A stretch of DNA of 64,000 nt, from the NCBI GenBank assembly GCA_963736855.1, contig CAVTQK010000013.1, positions 1 through 64,000 on the forward strand. The letters run 5' to 3'. The translations under genes were made by a program, and so were the position numbers. Of the stretch, positions 37,808-49,200 are shown piece by piece. How positions within the stretch are numbered: position 1 is the first letter of the stretch; each line of letters starts with the position of its first letter. This DNA comes from an uncultured delta proteobacterium (lineage in GTDB: Bacteria > Desulfobacterota > Desulfobacteria > Desulfobacterales > UBA2156). The notes under the pieces were generated by a model that was not told the origin of the DNA, ran no database searches, and saw nothing but the letters and a program-made list of their open reading frames with translations.

Positions 37808-40783
37808 TATTACGGCGATGGATTTTTTGCCGTCCACCCGGATGGAAAGGGGTTTATCCAATCGGACATGCCGGACGAAAGGAGTTTCCGATACGGCAGG
37901 CAAGGTATTCAGCCAGCTCCAGTCGATGAAATCCTCTCCCTCTTCGGTGACGGTCAGGTAACTGATTCCCAAGGACGTGATGTTGTGAAAAAAATGAGAT
38001 CCGTAAGACGGGTCCGCCCGAAGTTTCGAGGTTCGGTTCTCGATAAAGGATCCCACCATGGAGATGTCGTTCCAGGCCACCGGTATCCCCAGCCACCGGT
38101 CGGCCGAACCCCATCTTCCCGGACCGATGAGCAAATAGCGGCGAGCATTTTGGATCATGAATTTGTTCAACGAGCCGATCTCCCGGGCGATCTCCACCGT
38201 CCTGGCCGCATCGAAGGCATCCGGCTTGACAAAAAGAATATCTTCAATATCATCGCGCACGCCGTATCCAAGCGCCATGGACGAAAAGCAAAAGGCCCTC
38301 GAAATCTCCGCGGAGGTAATGTCCACATCCATGCGGTTCTGAAACAAGGCCATGGGCCGGATCTGGAGCAGGGTAAATTCGGGCTTTTCGGTAGCGGAAA
38401 CCGGGAAGTTGACTGCAAACTCGATTTCGACCGGGGAGGCCATTCCCTCTTCCCCCATCTTCAGCACATCGTTGAGAATTTCGGGAAGGGGAAAGGAGCC
38501 GTATTTTAAAATACCGGCAAAGGTCAACACCGGGGTCCCTTCTCCCAAGTAAGAATCCCGAATGCGATGCTCCTGTGGGAAATAGGTGCTCAACAGACTT
38601 TTCATCGTAACATGGCGGGGATCTTCGGCAAATTCCGCAATTTCAAGCTGTATCAACGAAGGGTCCTCCCCTTTCAACGCCTCTTGGGCAAAATTTTCCG
38701 GCGAATCCTTCAGTTGTATGGCAAAAAAATGTCGCTGGGCGTTTTTCAGGATGTCCTCCACTGTCGAAAACTGGGGAAGGAACTGGGGATGTCTTGGGGA
38801 AAAACGCAGAACATTCAATCCCTCCACTACGGTCTTCCCCAAACCGGCCGCGATGTGGGCGATCCCTTCATCGGCCTTTATATGACCGACGGGGTAGAAG
38901 TTGTAAGACTGGGCAACCCCGGAAACGGCGGGATAGTAATGATCGCCGCAGGTCGATCCGGTAAGCTTTTGGATCACCACTGCCATCTTCTCCTCCTCGA
39001 TCCGATGAACCGTGCTCTTGGAAAAAGAGCGCGGCGCCTCGTAGTACGTCGAAGAGAAGACGAGCTTGATGGCCTGGCTCAGATGACTCAAACGGACCCC
39101 GATATCGCTGTGATTGTTGGGCACCATGTATGTCCGGTAAAGACCGGCAAACGGTTGAAACATGGCATCTTCCAGGAGACTCGAAGAGCGGACGGCCAAG
39201 GGATAATGCGCACCGGTGAGGAACCGGCGCAGGTCATTTTCCAGCCAGTCGGGAAGCTGTCCTTTCAAAAAGAGGCTGGCAATTTCCGCATTTTTAAAGG
39301 AGCTGTCGGCCAGAGCTTTGAGGTCATTTTCCCGGATAAATTCGTCAAAGGCTTCGGTCGAAATCACCAGGGTCTTAGGAACTCCGATGGCTACATCGGG
39401 GTACTTTTCAAAAAGGCTCGCCTGTGCCTTGAAACGGGTGGCCATGAAAGCCAGCCCCCTGGCCTTTCCCCCTAAAGAGCCTTTCCCGATCTTAGCAAAC
39501 TCAGTCTCAAGATCGAACCCTTCCGAGGTAAAGTCGGCGATCACCCCTTTTTGGCGGGCAACCCGGCGATTGCGCAGGCACGCCACCAGATAATCCTTGT
39601 TCTCCCGGACGCTGGAAAAGTCGGTCACTTTGATAGGCTTGAGCTTTGCGGCCAACTCAATTTCGGATCGCGCCATCAGCCATGTGGAAAAATGATCCCG
39701 CAGGGCATGGTAATAAACCGATTCATCGGGGATCGAAGGGAGGATCCTTTCCAGGGCCAGCAGATTGGAAGCACGCGCCACCTCGGTTCCGTCGGGCATC
39801 TGGAAAACGAAGTCTCCGAACCCGAGATACTGCATGAAAAAGGAGCGGATATCCGTATGAAAGGTTGGCGAGTTCTTGTTCAGAAACAACGCCCCGAAGC
39901 CGTAAGCCTTTTCCCGGTTCTTTTCTTCCGAACTCATGATAAACAACGGAAGCTGGGGACGTTCACTCCGGACCCTGTTTATAAAAGTGAAACCGGCCTC
40001 CGGATCGAGCTTTCGATCCCTCGGAAACCGGACGTCTGACAAGACGCACAGCATATAACGCTGAAAAGACCTGAATAGATTTTCGGCATCTTCGTAGTTT
40101 AAGGCGTGCAATATCTTCGGCCGGGCGCGCATTTTTAGAATGCGATGCTCTTGATTCAAAGACTCTTCCATCACCGTCTGGGTCTGCGTCACCACTTCTT
40201 TGTATAGAAAGGGAAGCAGTGAAGAATAATAAACCGGTGAATCTTCCACCATTAGGATCACCCTGACCCGCGCCCTTTGGGTATCCGAAACCACGTTCAT
40301 CCGGTCTTCTTCATTTTTGATCATGGCTAAAAGGAGATCGGTGTTGCCTGTCCAGATGTAGGTTTTATCGATGGCATCCGGGTCTGCAGCCGGGTCGTCC
40401 ATGGGCATGCCTGTCGTGCCGTGAGTCAGGAGAAACACCGGTGTTTTCGGAAAACGCTCCTTGATGGTGCGGCCTAAATTTTTAGGCTCCATGTCCCCCA
40501 GACGGGGCATGGTCAGCACCAGATCGAATTTCTGCTGGGACATCCTGTTGAGCGCCTCCTGGGCGGTGGAGACCCAGGTCAGCCTGGGGGGACGGGTGAG
40601 ATTGAGGCCGCGGTATTCATGAATGATCCGCTCGGCCAGTCGGCCGTCTTCTTCCATGATGAAGGCATCGTAGGGGCTGGAAACCAGGAGGATTTCACTC
40701 ACCCTCTTGGCCATCAGGTCGTAATAGATTTTGAATGAAGAGTCGAACGGGTCGTTATCGTTTGAGGTAAAGATGTCGGACAT
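37793..40783 (-). CDS. PEP/pyruvate-binding-domain protein with N-terminal receiver-like domains (PEP synthase/PPDK-like)
   Basis: GSLGGKARGLAF, AVRSSSLLED, VEIEFA, LLQIRP, GPGRWGS; no His-phosphocarrier domain evident. Confidence 0.85.
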   Translation of the reverse strand: MSDIFTSNDNDPFDSSFKIYYDLMAKRVSEILLVSSPYDAFIMEEDGRLAERIIHEYRGLNLTRPPRLTWVSTAQEALNRMSQQKFDLVLTMPRLGDMEPKNLGRTIKERFPKTPVFLLTHGTTGMPMDDPAADPDAIDKTYIWTGNTDLLLAMIKNEEDRMNVVSDTQRARVRVILMVEDSPVYYSSLLPFLYKEVVTQTQTVMEESLNQEHRILKMRARPKILHALNYEDAENLFRSFQRYMLCVLSDVRFPRDRKLDPEAGFTFINRVRSERPQLPLFIMSSEEKNREKAYGFGALFLNKNSPTFHTDIRSFFMQYLGFGDFVFQMPDGTEVARASNLLALERILPSIPDESVYYHALRDHFSTWLMARSEIELAAKLKPIKVTDFSSVRENKDYLVACLRNRRVARQKGVIADFTSEGFDLETEFAKIGKGSLGGKARGLAFMATRFKAQASLFEKYPDVAIGVPKTLVISTEAFDEFIRENDLKALADSSFKNAEIASLFLKGQLPDWLENDLRRFLTGAHYPLAVRSSSLLEDAMFQPFAGLYRTYMVPNNHSDIGVRLSHLSQAIKLVFSSTYYEAPRSFSKSTVHRIEEEKMAVVIQKLTGSTCGDHYYPAVSGVAQSYNFYPVGHIKADEGIAHIAAGLGKTVVEGLNVLRFSPRHPQFLPQFSTVEDILKNAQRHFFAIQLKDSPENFAQEALKGEDPSLIQLEIAEFAEDPRHVTMKSLLSTYFPQEHRIRDSYLGEGTPVLTFAGILKYGSFPLPEILNDVLKMGEEGMASPVEIEFAVNFPVSATEKPEFTLLQIRPMALFQNRMDVDITSAEISRAFCFSSMALGYGVRDDIEDILFVKPDAFDAARTVEIAREIGSLNKFMIQNARRYLLIGPGRWGSADRWLGIPVAWNDISMVGSFIENRTSKLRADPSYGSHFFHNITSLGISYLTVTEEGEDFIDWSWLNTLPAVSETPFVRHVRLDKPLSIRVDGKKSIAVILTKS

Positions 40784-40946
40784 CGCGTTATCTTTGTGTT
40801 TTTAAAAAAACCACCATCTCGTTTTATCTTTGATTGGACAGGCTGTTTTGTCAAGTCATTATTGGGTGTTACAATTTTTTCCGGCGCCTTGACAAAACAA
40901 AACCAACCGGTGTAGCCTCAGGCCATATGGAAAAAGGAAACCGGAT

Positions 40947-42633
40947 TTGAAAATCGGACTGGCGCAAATCAATCCCGTCATCGGGGACTATCCCTGCAAC
41001 GCTGAAAAGATCGTCGCTTTTGCCGACCGCGCGAGGGGTATGGGTTGTGATCTGGTGGTTTTTCCGGAACTGTCCCTTTGCGGATATCCGCCGCGAGACC
41101 TTCTGGAAAAAAGGGATTTCGTGGATGCCGGACTGGTTTGCCTCCATCGACTCATCGAATCGATACGAGGCATCGGGGTCATCTGCGGTTCTGTAGATAA
41201 AAATCCCAATCCGGGTGGAAACGCTCTTTTCAATTCCGCCGTCCTGTTCGAAGACGGAAAGCGTTTGCACCAGGTGCAAAAACGACTCCTGCCCGTCTAT
41301 GATGTTTTTGACGAGCGGAGGCATTTCGAACCGGGAACAAGCAACGAAACTTTTTCTTACAAGGGACGCTGCATCGGAATTTCCATTTGTGAAGACGCTT
41401 GGAACGATAAAGATTTTTTTTCAAGGCGGATCTATTCCGCCGATCCGGTCAGCCAGTTGGTGGAAAGCGGGGCGGATCTTCTCGTCAATATCTCCGCCTC
41501 ACCCTTTTTCATGGGTAAAAACCGTTTCCGCTCGGAAATGTTGGGCTCCATCGCAAAAAAATACGGCACCTGGTTGATCTACGTGAACCAAGTGGGCGGC
41601 AACGACTCCGTTTTATTCGACGGCTTAAGCTTCGCCCTCAATCCCTCCGGTGCCTGTGTCGCGGCCGCCCGGGACTTTGCGGAAGACCTCGTCGTCGTGG
41701 ACATCGACAAATGCGGTGGAGATATTCATCCGGTCTCCGACGACGATATAGAAGCTGTCCGGAAAGCCCTGGTCATGGGAACCGCCGACTATGTGACCAA
41801 GTGCGGCTTTTCCAAAGTGATCCTCGGTTTAAGCGGCGGGATCGACTCGGCCCTGGTGGCCTGCATCGCCCAAGAAGCCCTGGGAAAAGAGAATGTCACC
41901 GCCGTCTTCATGCCCTCGCGCTACACCTCCAAAGACAATTTCGAAGACACCCGGGCACTGGCGGAAAACCTAAATATTGCATGGATTGTGCATCCCATTA
42001 ATCCCATATTCGATGCCTTCCTCCCCGGCATATCTCCCCATTTCGACCCCGGTCGGCCCGGCGTCACGGAGCAAAACATCCAGGCCCGGATCCGGGGAAC
42101 GCTTCTCATGGCCATTTCCAACCGGGACGGCGCCATGTTGCTTTCCACTGGAAACAAGTCCGAATTGGCCATGGGCTACTGCACCCTCTACGGCGACATG
42201 AACGGCGGCCTGGCGGTCATTTCGGATGTTCCAAAAACCCTAGTTTATCGGCTAGCCAGACGGATTAATTCCGAAAAAGAGATTATACCCGAACGGATCT
42301 TTGAAAAAGCCCCGTCTGCAGAGCTATGCGCCGGACCAAAGAGATGAAGATGACCTTCCCCCATACGAAACCCTGGATCCCATTCTCAAGGCTTACATCG
42401 AAGATCAAAAAAGCGCTTGTGAAATGATCAAAATGGGGATGGATTCAAAGCTGGTGGAGCGTGTGATCCGACAGGTGGATCGGAACGAATACAAACGGTA
42501 TCAGGCCCCTCCGGGGCTGAAAGTTACTTCCAAGGCATTCGGATACGGGAGAAGATTCCCTATCGCCCAGCGCTATAAACTTACAGGTTCAAAAGAATAC
42601 CAGTTTCCCGAAGCTCCCGGAACATCTTCTTAA
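40947..42633 (+). CDS. nadE: Glutamine-dependent NAD+ synthetase (frameshift at about 42325)
   Basis: Nitrilase domain (FPEL, ICED), GLSGGIDS, NIQARIRG, TGNKSE, EYKRYQAPPG. Confidence 0.93.
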
Positions 42634-42684
42634 CACTCTAAGAAAAAATTCGGTAATCGTCTATGAACCCGGATATCAGTTCGG

Positions 42685-43033
42685 ATTTTCGGGAATAAGC
42701 TAAGGCTTTTTATAAAAATGTCTCAATTCTGACCAAGAAACTTATTTTCTCTCTTAAGACGCCCCAGCTCTTCATTGGAGGGCTTGGAACGCTCCTTACT
42801 TGAAAAGAATTTTTCACCTTCTTTTTCCAGCTTGTGCTTTTATCGGCCGATTACCCTAAGCCCTGTACTCCAGTCTCGTTCAATCCCGGCCTCTATGTAG
42901 CCTTGCTCCGAGGCCGGTCAAAAAGCCTTTCTCAATGCTAAGATATTTCTCGTATCATTTCCCCTGATGGAACACCTCCTATTGTTTCATACAAGTTGGC
43001 TATTCGGTGTGTCCACGGTTTTAGAAAAGGCCA
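42685..43033 (-). mobile_element. Degenerate IS3-family left end and orfA remnant
   Basis: TG..GTGGACAC IR-like end, AGGAGG, GR*KHKLEKEGEK...EELGRLKRENK..DI..KALAY. Confidence 0.65.
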
Positions 43034-43056
43034 ATTATTTGAAAATGAATCTAATG

Positions 43057-44895
43057 CTACTGATTTTGAATATTCTTATTTGCTTGGCCCGAATGATAAT
43101 GAATTATTATTGCGACGACGAACAACGGCAATGTCTGCACGGTCAAACGGTTCCATGCAGCCCCGATATGCCACCAGAGATTTTTATGGTGAATGATAAT
43201 AAAAATATAACCCGAAAGCATTGCTAAAGGTAATAACATATCTATACGCTGATATTTATTTCCCTTTACAAAATACACAGCGACAACCAATCCTATCAAA
43301 CCCATCGCTACATTCCATTGCTTGATATCCATCCACATGTTGCCAATGATCATCAGTGCGTCCGGAATTCGCTTTATAGCATTCAGTATCACCCCGGGAT
43401 GATATGTTATCACCTTAGTCGCATTAGATTCTAAATCGAGTACCACCCGAGTCCACAAATACCAAGGGGCATACAGGAATAAACAACATACCATATAACA
43501 ACAAACCGTTTTCATTCTTAGCTTATTATAAAATGCAAGCGCCCACAAGAAACCTAAAACAGCGAATAGGAATCCCTCATTTTTAGTATATGCAGCACCC
43601 ACAGCGAATATTGATGCCAGAACCATGCTATTTATAGTATTTTCATCACGCCAACGAAGCAGGCAACCGAAGCTGCAAATAATCATCAGGGAAAGCGCGG
43701 TTTCCGCATAAGACCATGAAGCAACTAGCGGCACCATCGGTATTGAAAGAAAAAATATTGCTCCGAACAGTGCATATTTGTTTTGTCGTGTTTGACGCTG
43801 GATAATGACACCGATCTCCCAAGCTGTTAAAAGCATAAACAGCACACTCCAGCCCCTGCTCCAGTGCTCTTCCCACCCACCCGAGCACCAGCCTGAAAAA
43901 GCCCAAACAGTTGGCCAGAGAAGAGGATAATCGGAAGCCCCAAAGTAGATCACATTTTTCAGGGCCCCCTCAGTGAGTGCAAGAACTTTTGCCTTTGCAC
44001 CCCATATGGCCCAAGCATCCCAATCATCTGGAACGGTGACTACAGCCATTTCCATTGCCCACAGAGAGATGAAAAATCCTATCGAATAAAGCAACAGCGA
44101 GAAGGTGAGGTTGGATTTTTTTTGAAAATAAAATAACTTCGAAATTAAAACGCTTTTAACTATCGAGATATTCAGATATTTTTTAAAGTCTATTAATCCA
44201 TAAAATGCTTTTTTCAAATCAAACCCAATAGTTATTTTTCTCAGTTGGTTATACAAAAAAGATACCCAGCCTGCTACCCCTCCCCACGCGTATAATTTGA
44301 AACCGATGCCTGGACTTTCGAAGACGCCCATCGAGATCAAAGTGCTCGACATCAATAAAAAACAAGATATCCCGATCATTTCGGGAACGCTGATTGGTGA
44401 CAATGACCATAAAGACCATAACCATCGAATATTAAAAGCGATACCGACAACGCAACATACCGAAATTATTAACCCAAAAACGTTCGGTTTTTCAGGATAG
44501 GTTCTATTTACCGGCGTGGATGATGAAACTCCCTGATAGAGCACCTTGGAACCCTTAACGCTTATGGCATAACTGGTCGAACCGGAAGGAATACGGGGTA
44601 TGAGCAAATATGTTCCATAAGAAAGAGTATTATGATCGCCTTTGGCTTTATAATGAATATTCATTGGCCAGAATGTATCGATTTCTATAAAATCTTTCAG
44701 AGTTTCAGAGGGAATACCTGCCCATTTGAATACATTTATTCTTTGTTCATTTATGCTTTTACCCAAGTACCATACTCTTTCCCTGTTCCACCAAAGCCGC
44801 TGCATTTGGAACAGCGCTGCCACCGTAATTAGAATCCATAGTAAAATAAATAATCGAGCAGCCAGTGTTGAGAGGCTGTTTTCAAAAAATTTCAT
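43057..44895 (-). CDS. Polytopic membrane protein, possible GT-C/PMT-like glycosyltransferase
   Basis: Many TM segments; WDAWAIWGAKAK, DYPLLWP, YAE, TKNEG motifs. Confidence 0.6.
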   Translation of the reverse strand: MKFFENSLSTLAARLFILLWILITVAALFQMQRLWWNRERVWYLGKSINEQRINVFKWAGIPSETLKDFIEIDTFWPMNIHYKAKGDHNTLSYGTYLLIPRIPSGSTSYAISVKGSKVLYQGVSSSTPVNRTYPEKPNVFGLIISVCCVVGIAFNIRWLWSLWSLSPISVPEMIGISCFLLMSSTLISMGVFESPGIGFKLYAWGGVAGWVSFLYNQLRKITIGFDLKKAFYGLIDFKKYLNISIVKSVLISKLFYFQKKSNLTFSLLLYSIGFFISLWAMEMAVVTVPDDWDAWAIWGAKAKVLALTEGALKNVIYFGASDYPLLWPTVWAFSGWCSGGWEEHWSRGWSVLFMLLTAWEIGVIIQRQTRQNKYALFGAIFFLSIPMVPLVASWSYAETALSLMIICSFGCLLRWRDENTINSMVLASIFAVGAAYTKNEGFLFAVLGFLWALAFYNKLRMKTVCCYMVCCLFLYAPWYLWTRVVLDLESNATKVITYHPGVILNAIKRIPDALMIIGNMWMDIKQWNVAMGLIGLVVAVYFVKGNKYQRIDMLLPLAMLSGYIFIIIHHKNLWWHIGAAWNRLTVQTLPLFVVAIIIHYHSGQANKNIQNQ

Positions 44896-45089
44896 ATCAG
44901 CTTCAACGCTCTTTCCATTGATTTTTAAAAATGCGATAAGTTAAACGGATATTCTAGAACCCACCGTTTCCTTTTTTAAAGTGTTTCTCTGTTAGTTTCT
45001 CTGGTTTCTATTCACTTTCAAAATGAAGATTTTCTCTGGAAAGAATCGTTTCATCAACCCATAGCATTCGTTTCATATCGCCTTCAATG

Positions 45090-46331
45090 TTACCCCAACC
45101 TGCCCATGGGCATATGGTTTCGGGAATCCCTTTTATGATGAATTCGCCAGCGATAGAACAGTGAAAATGGTTTCATCATAAAATATAACGAAAACAAATA
45201 ATTCGGTAAGTTGACGGTCTCCCAATCATCATGGGACGGGCCGATCTGATAAAGAAAAAACTTTAATTTATAATTCAAATCGCTGCGCAAACTAAAATCA
45301 TACAATTTTTTTTGGAAATACTCCCAAGATACGGGTATGTTAGGATGATCATTCAATGATTGGATGCGATTCCAAGCAATTCTGACCAGATAATTCACCA
45401 CCTTGTCCCGTTGAACATATTTTATCACTTTACCGGGCAAAGGACAGTCCAGCAATAACGCTCCCAAGATTAACCCTTCTGCTATCATTCTCGAAATACC
45501 CATCTGATTTGAATGATCCATTAACTGATCCCAATCAAATCCTGATTCGTTACCCACAAGGTATGCCACATCAGTCAGCCAAAATAATCTTGACCAGCCA
45601 TGAAGCGTTCCGTGAACACAGAGAAACATCAAGGTGTGTTCAAGAGAAAAGGTGGGAATGCTGACTCCGCCGATCGGAACTATCCGGTGTCCATTCCAAG
45701 CATTTTCAAATCTCAGGGGGAAAAGGGAAGAAAGGTATACACAACGGTAATGAAGCTCCAGGTAAATCCTTTTTTCTCGACAAAAATATCCAAAGTGACT
45801 AAAATTCCTCATGAAAAAAGTTTTTTGACGAGCAGTTAAATGAAAATCGGGCAGGATTCTGGTATAGCCCGCTTGATGCAGAAATGCTTCTGCATGCTCT
45901 ATATGTTCCTCTGGAATCAAAAGGTCCAGATCTCCTACATGGCGTGACCCCAAGTCCCCAAAGGTGATAAGACCTAGAACCGGTCCTTTGAATGCAAGAG
46001 CAGGGATACACCTTTGGTTAAACCCTTTCAAAATATAAGCCAGCTCCGCTGCTTTTAAGACATTTCGCCGGGTATTATTTTCGACACGCTTTCTTAATCG
46101 TGACAGCACGAAAGACGGGATTCTATTACCGAATCTTTTCATTCTCTTGTATACCAACGCAGCTACTCGGTGTTTTTCAACCAAGTTTAAAAAAAGCTCC
46201 CAATCAATTTTTATGGGATTTTTTAATTCCAATTCTTTATGCCCATTTTTTCTCAAAGAAAACCTGAGACAGGATAATACGAAATTCATTTCTGGAGACA
46301 TTCTTAAAAAACTGCCTGTATTGTTATCCAA
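45090..46331 (-). CDS. Nucleotidyltransferase family protein (NTP_transf_5-like)
   Basis: FKGPVL..FGDLGSRHVGDLDLLI, LELH, LCVHG.HGWSRLFWLTD. Confidence 0.85.
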   Translation of the reverse strand: MDNNTGSFLRMSPEMNFVLSCLRFSLRKNGHKELELKNPIKIDWELFLNLVEKHRVAALVYKRMKRFGNRIPSFVLSRLRKRVENNTRRNVLKAAELAYILKGFNQRCIPALAFKGPVLGLITFGDLGSRHVGDLDLLIPEEHIEHAEAFLHQAGYTRILPDFHLTARQKTFFMRNFSHFGYFCREKRIYLELHYRCVYLSSLFPLRFENAWNGHRIVPIGGVSIPTFSLEHTLMFLCVHGTLHGWSRLFWLTDVAYLVGNESGFDWDQLMDHSNQMGISRMIAEGLILGALLLDCPLPGKVIKYVQRDKVVNYLVRIAWNRIQSLNDHPNIPVSWEYFQKKLYDFSLRSDLNYKLKFFLYQIGPSHDDWETVNLPNYLFSLYFMMKPFSLFYRWRIHHKRDSRNHMPMGRLG

Positions 46332-46349
46332 AGCACCCCTTAATTAAAT

Positions 46350-46432
46350 TTGATGAAATCGTAAAAAGACTGATTTTTCTGCGCTGCAAGTCTTTTCGAA
46401 GATCGAAAGGGTTTCGCTAAATCTCAAGAACT
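46350..46432. repeat. MITE-like element, partial inverted copy B
   Basis: TTGATGAAATCGTAAAAAGACTGATTTTTCT closely matches the reverse complement of the right end of copy A. Confidence 0.65.
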
Positions 46433-46924
46433 CAGACAAGTGTAACAGTTAGATTTTTAGCTATTTGTTTTTTTGAAAGATTGAATGGTATAAATTTTTA
46501 TGAGCATAAATTTTATTTTTTTAATTTAACAGTTACTAGAAATTTGTAATGCATATGAGTAAATTACTGCTGATTTAAGGATTTATTAATTTTAAATTAG
46601 AATAATTAAATAGTTAAAGAATAAATGTTGTTGTAAGAGTTTGAATTTTGAAAATAGACAGCTAGTTGTTGAATAGATAAGAAATATAATATATTTATAT
46701 GTTAGAGAAATATATTGTTTTAAATGGAATTGGGAAGACAAGAGGATAGATAATACTATTTAGTAATGTTATATAGAAGCTGTAAATGCAATCCGCAGAT
46801 CCATCGGTTATTGATATAATTATATGCGATAAGTTATAGACTGTAACTTGTTTTAAAATTAAATATTTATATAATAAATGTGTTAAAAAATATTTTTAAT
46901 AATAGTAAAAAAATTTTATATTTA

Positions 46925-47778
46925 ATGAATAAAATTCGATGAAAGACCTACCCTGATTTTGTAATCCGGGGCATTCCCCGGGTCATGGAAGAAGACGATG
47001 AGACCGGGTGGCACAGGCATGGATGATTTAAGGACCCACGTCTTGTTGACGAGCTCTGTGTTCACGCGGGTATGCTCAGCGGTTTTGTGTCGCCCCATCC
47101 GCCTCATTGCCATGAGCACGAAGAGCTGCACATCGCGCTTTCGGAAAATCTTGAGATTGTGGACCGTGATGCGGACTTTGGCGTTGAAAAGACACTCCTG
47201 GTCGACAAGGGCGCATTGTTGTATATCGATGCAAGGATTGCCCACACCATGCGAAATACGGCATCCGGGCCTGCCGATTATTTTCACGTCAGATGGAAAA
47301 ACGCATCTACGATGTTTCCTTCGGAAATAAAAAACAATTTTTATTATTGCCCCGGCAACCGAAGCAGAGAGTTCAAGCAGTCCACGCGTGACGGCTCAGA
47401 AACCATGGAGATATATTCCGGGCTTCGCGGTACCTGCCGCGCTTGAGGGCGCTGTTTACAAGGGTTTTTCCCGGAGGCATGATTCCTTTTCATCGACATG
47501 CCCATGAAGTGATCTTCCTGTTCATAAGCGGTTCCGTCGAGATCCTTGGGAAAAAGCTGGAGGCTCCGGGTTTTGCTTTCATGGGAACCCAGGTGCCTCA
47601 TTACATTGTCAATCACGGACCAGCGCCCGCTGAATACTACGCATTTGAGCTGCACGGGAGGCATAAAGGTTTGCGAGAAAACGAGCAAAGTCCTTTTGAA
47701 CTCACCGAGTTTTTTTTCCGAAACAGAGCATGCTCTACCGCGCCTACGGCCTCTCATTTTCGTCCGAGGTACCCATAG
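46925..47778 (+). pseudogene. Bicupin protein (two in-frame TGA and a frameshift)
   Basis: SPHPPHCHEHEELH and PFHRHAHEV cupin motifs; TGA at 46940 and 47024. Confidence 0.65.
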
Positions 47779-48616
47779 CGCATTTCCCGGGGGCTCTCAG
47801 TCCCGGAGATCCGGATGTGCGTATCAGGCGGGGCGAAATATTCGGCCCCGGGTATACGCCTCCTGCCTCGATCCGGATCGAGGCATCGCCGGGAAGAATT
47901 CTTTTGCGCGGGGCGAGAAGCGCACAATTCTCGTCACCGGCGGAAACTCTATCACGATAGAACCGCTCCCGAACGGAAATCGCGCAACCATCATGCAGAT
48001 CCTTCTCGGCTGGGCGCTGGGCGGCCTGTTCCATCAGAGAGCATGCTCCCACTGCACGGCAGCGCTCTCTGCCGGAATGATGACTGTTTCGTCTTCTGCG
48101 CCCGATCAGGCGCAGGCAAATCGACCCTGGCAGCGGCATTCCTCAACCGGGGTTTTTCATTTCTCGATGACAACATGCGCTTGAGATTTTGAGACGGCAT
48201 GCGTTATAGCACCGGGGTCTCCGGAACTCAGATTATGGGAAAGCGCAATGCCTGCTCTCGAGTTCGAGTATGAAGCAGCGGGCCGCATAAGACCCGACAT
48301 GGACAAGGTCTCGATTATCGCCAGACGTAAATTCAGAAGCGAGAAAGCTAGGCTCAGGAAGATATTCATATTGAGAAGAAGCAATGAGCCGGCGGTCTCT
48401 TTCTTAAATGTCACAGGAGCGGCAAAATTGCAGGCATTGCTTGAAAATGTTTTCTTTATTAAATTAATGAAGTATGATGGAAACAGCGCCGGGCTGTTCC
48501 ATCTCGTCCATGGACTTGCGGAGAGAGCGCCGATTGTGGAAATCAGGCTTCCAGGCAGACTGCCGCCGCCTGATGCGCTGTGCGATATCATTCTCGGCGC
48601 TCGTGTGATGCAGTGA
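47730..48616 (+). CDS. HPr kinase-like protein (lasso-cluster kinase type), frameshifted
   Basis: YRAYGL..SSE start; LHGSAL...ARSGAGKSTLAAAF..RG...LDDN. Confidence 0.75.
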
Positions 48617-48630
48617 GGGAGGACAATGGC

Positions 48631-48906
48631 ATGAAAGAAATGACACTTGATACGGTCGTGAAAAAAAATGACGATATATTTACGGGCAGTATCGACAATG
48701 AGATGGCGGCGATGAGTATTCAGAACGGCAAGTATTATCAGATGAATGAAACCGGTTCGCGCATCCTTGCCCTGCTCGATCATGAGCGTTCCATAAGGAC
48801 TGTCGAGTTGATGTAGGTTTTTCCGGATTGACGGCCTGTCTGCAGGCAGGATGTCCTCGATTTCATGCGGAAAATGGCGGAATACAATTTGATATCGACG
48901 GTGTGA
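48631..48906 (+). CDS. PqqD-family RiPP recognition element (lasso B1-like), frameshifted
   Basis: IDNEMAAMSIQNGKYYQMNETGSRI...CRQDVLDFMRKMAEYNLI. Confidence 0.8.
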
Positions 48907-49200
48907 TCGGTAGATCTTTCTCAATGTGCCGAGCCGATATTGCGGTGGAGATTTGACATGTGCTATTGTTTGTATTAAACTTTACATAATTAAAAAGATG
49001 AAGGTGTTAGATGAAAGAAACCTAAAGCGGCAGAATTGTGGATAAAATTAGTAAGAACTAATAATACATAATTAGTTAACTTCAATTTGACACTTGTATA
49101 GTTATATAGGAAGATATATGTTAAGCTTTTACAAAGTTTAAGAATGATTAGATGCTAAATTATTGAGTTTATAGCGCTTCTGATACACATAGTTTAGAAT

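Noticed and set aside
37763..40039. Long antisense ORFs (e.g. 37763-38509, 38567-39475; similar ones at 26480-27322 and 53711-54430)
   Set aside because: Shadow frames of well-supported genes in GC-rich coding DNA, with no motifs of their own
46440..46920. Very AT-rich spacer (also 48910-49200) as a precursor-peptide locus or origin
   Set aside because: Only tiny ORFs without RBS or leader motif; no iterons or DnaA-box cluster seen
46940..47026. Two in-frame TGA codons in the cupin gene as Sec or recoding
   Set aside because: No Cys-motif context and neighbouring genes are also disrupted; TGA is used as a normal stop throughout the window
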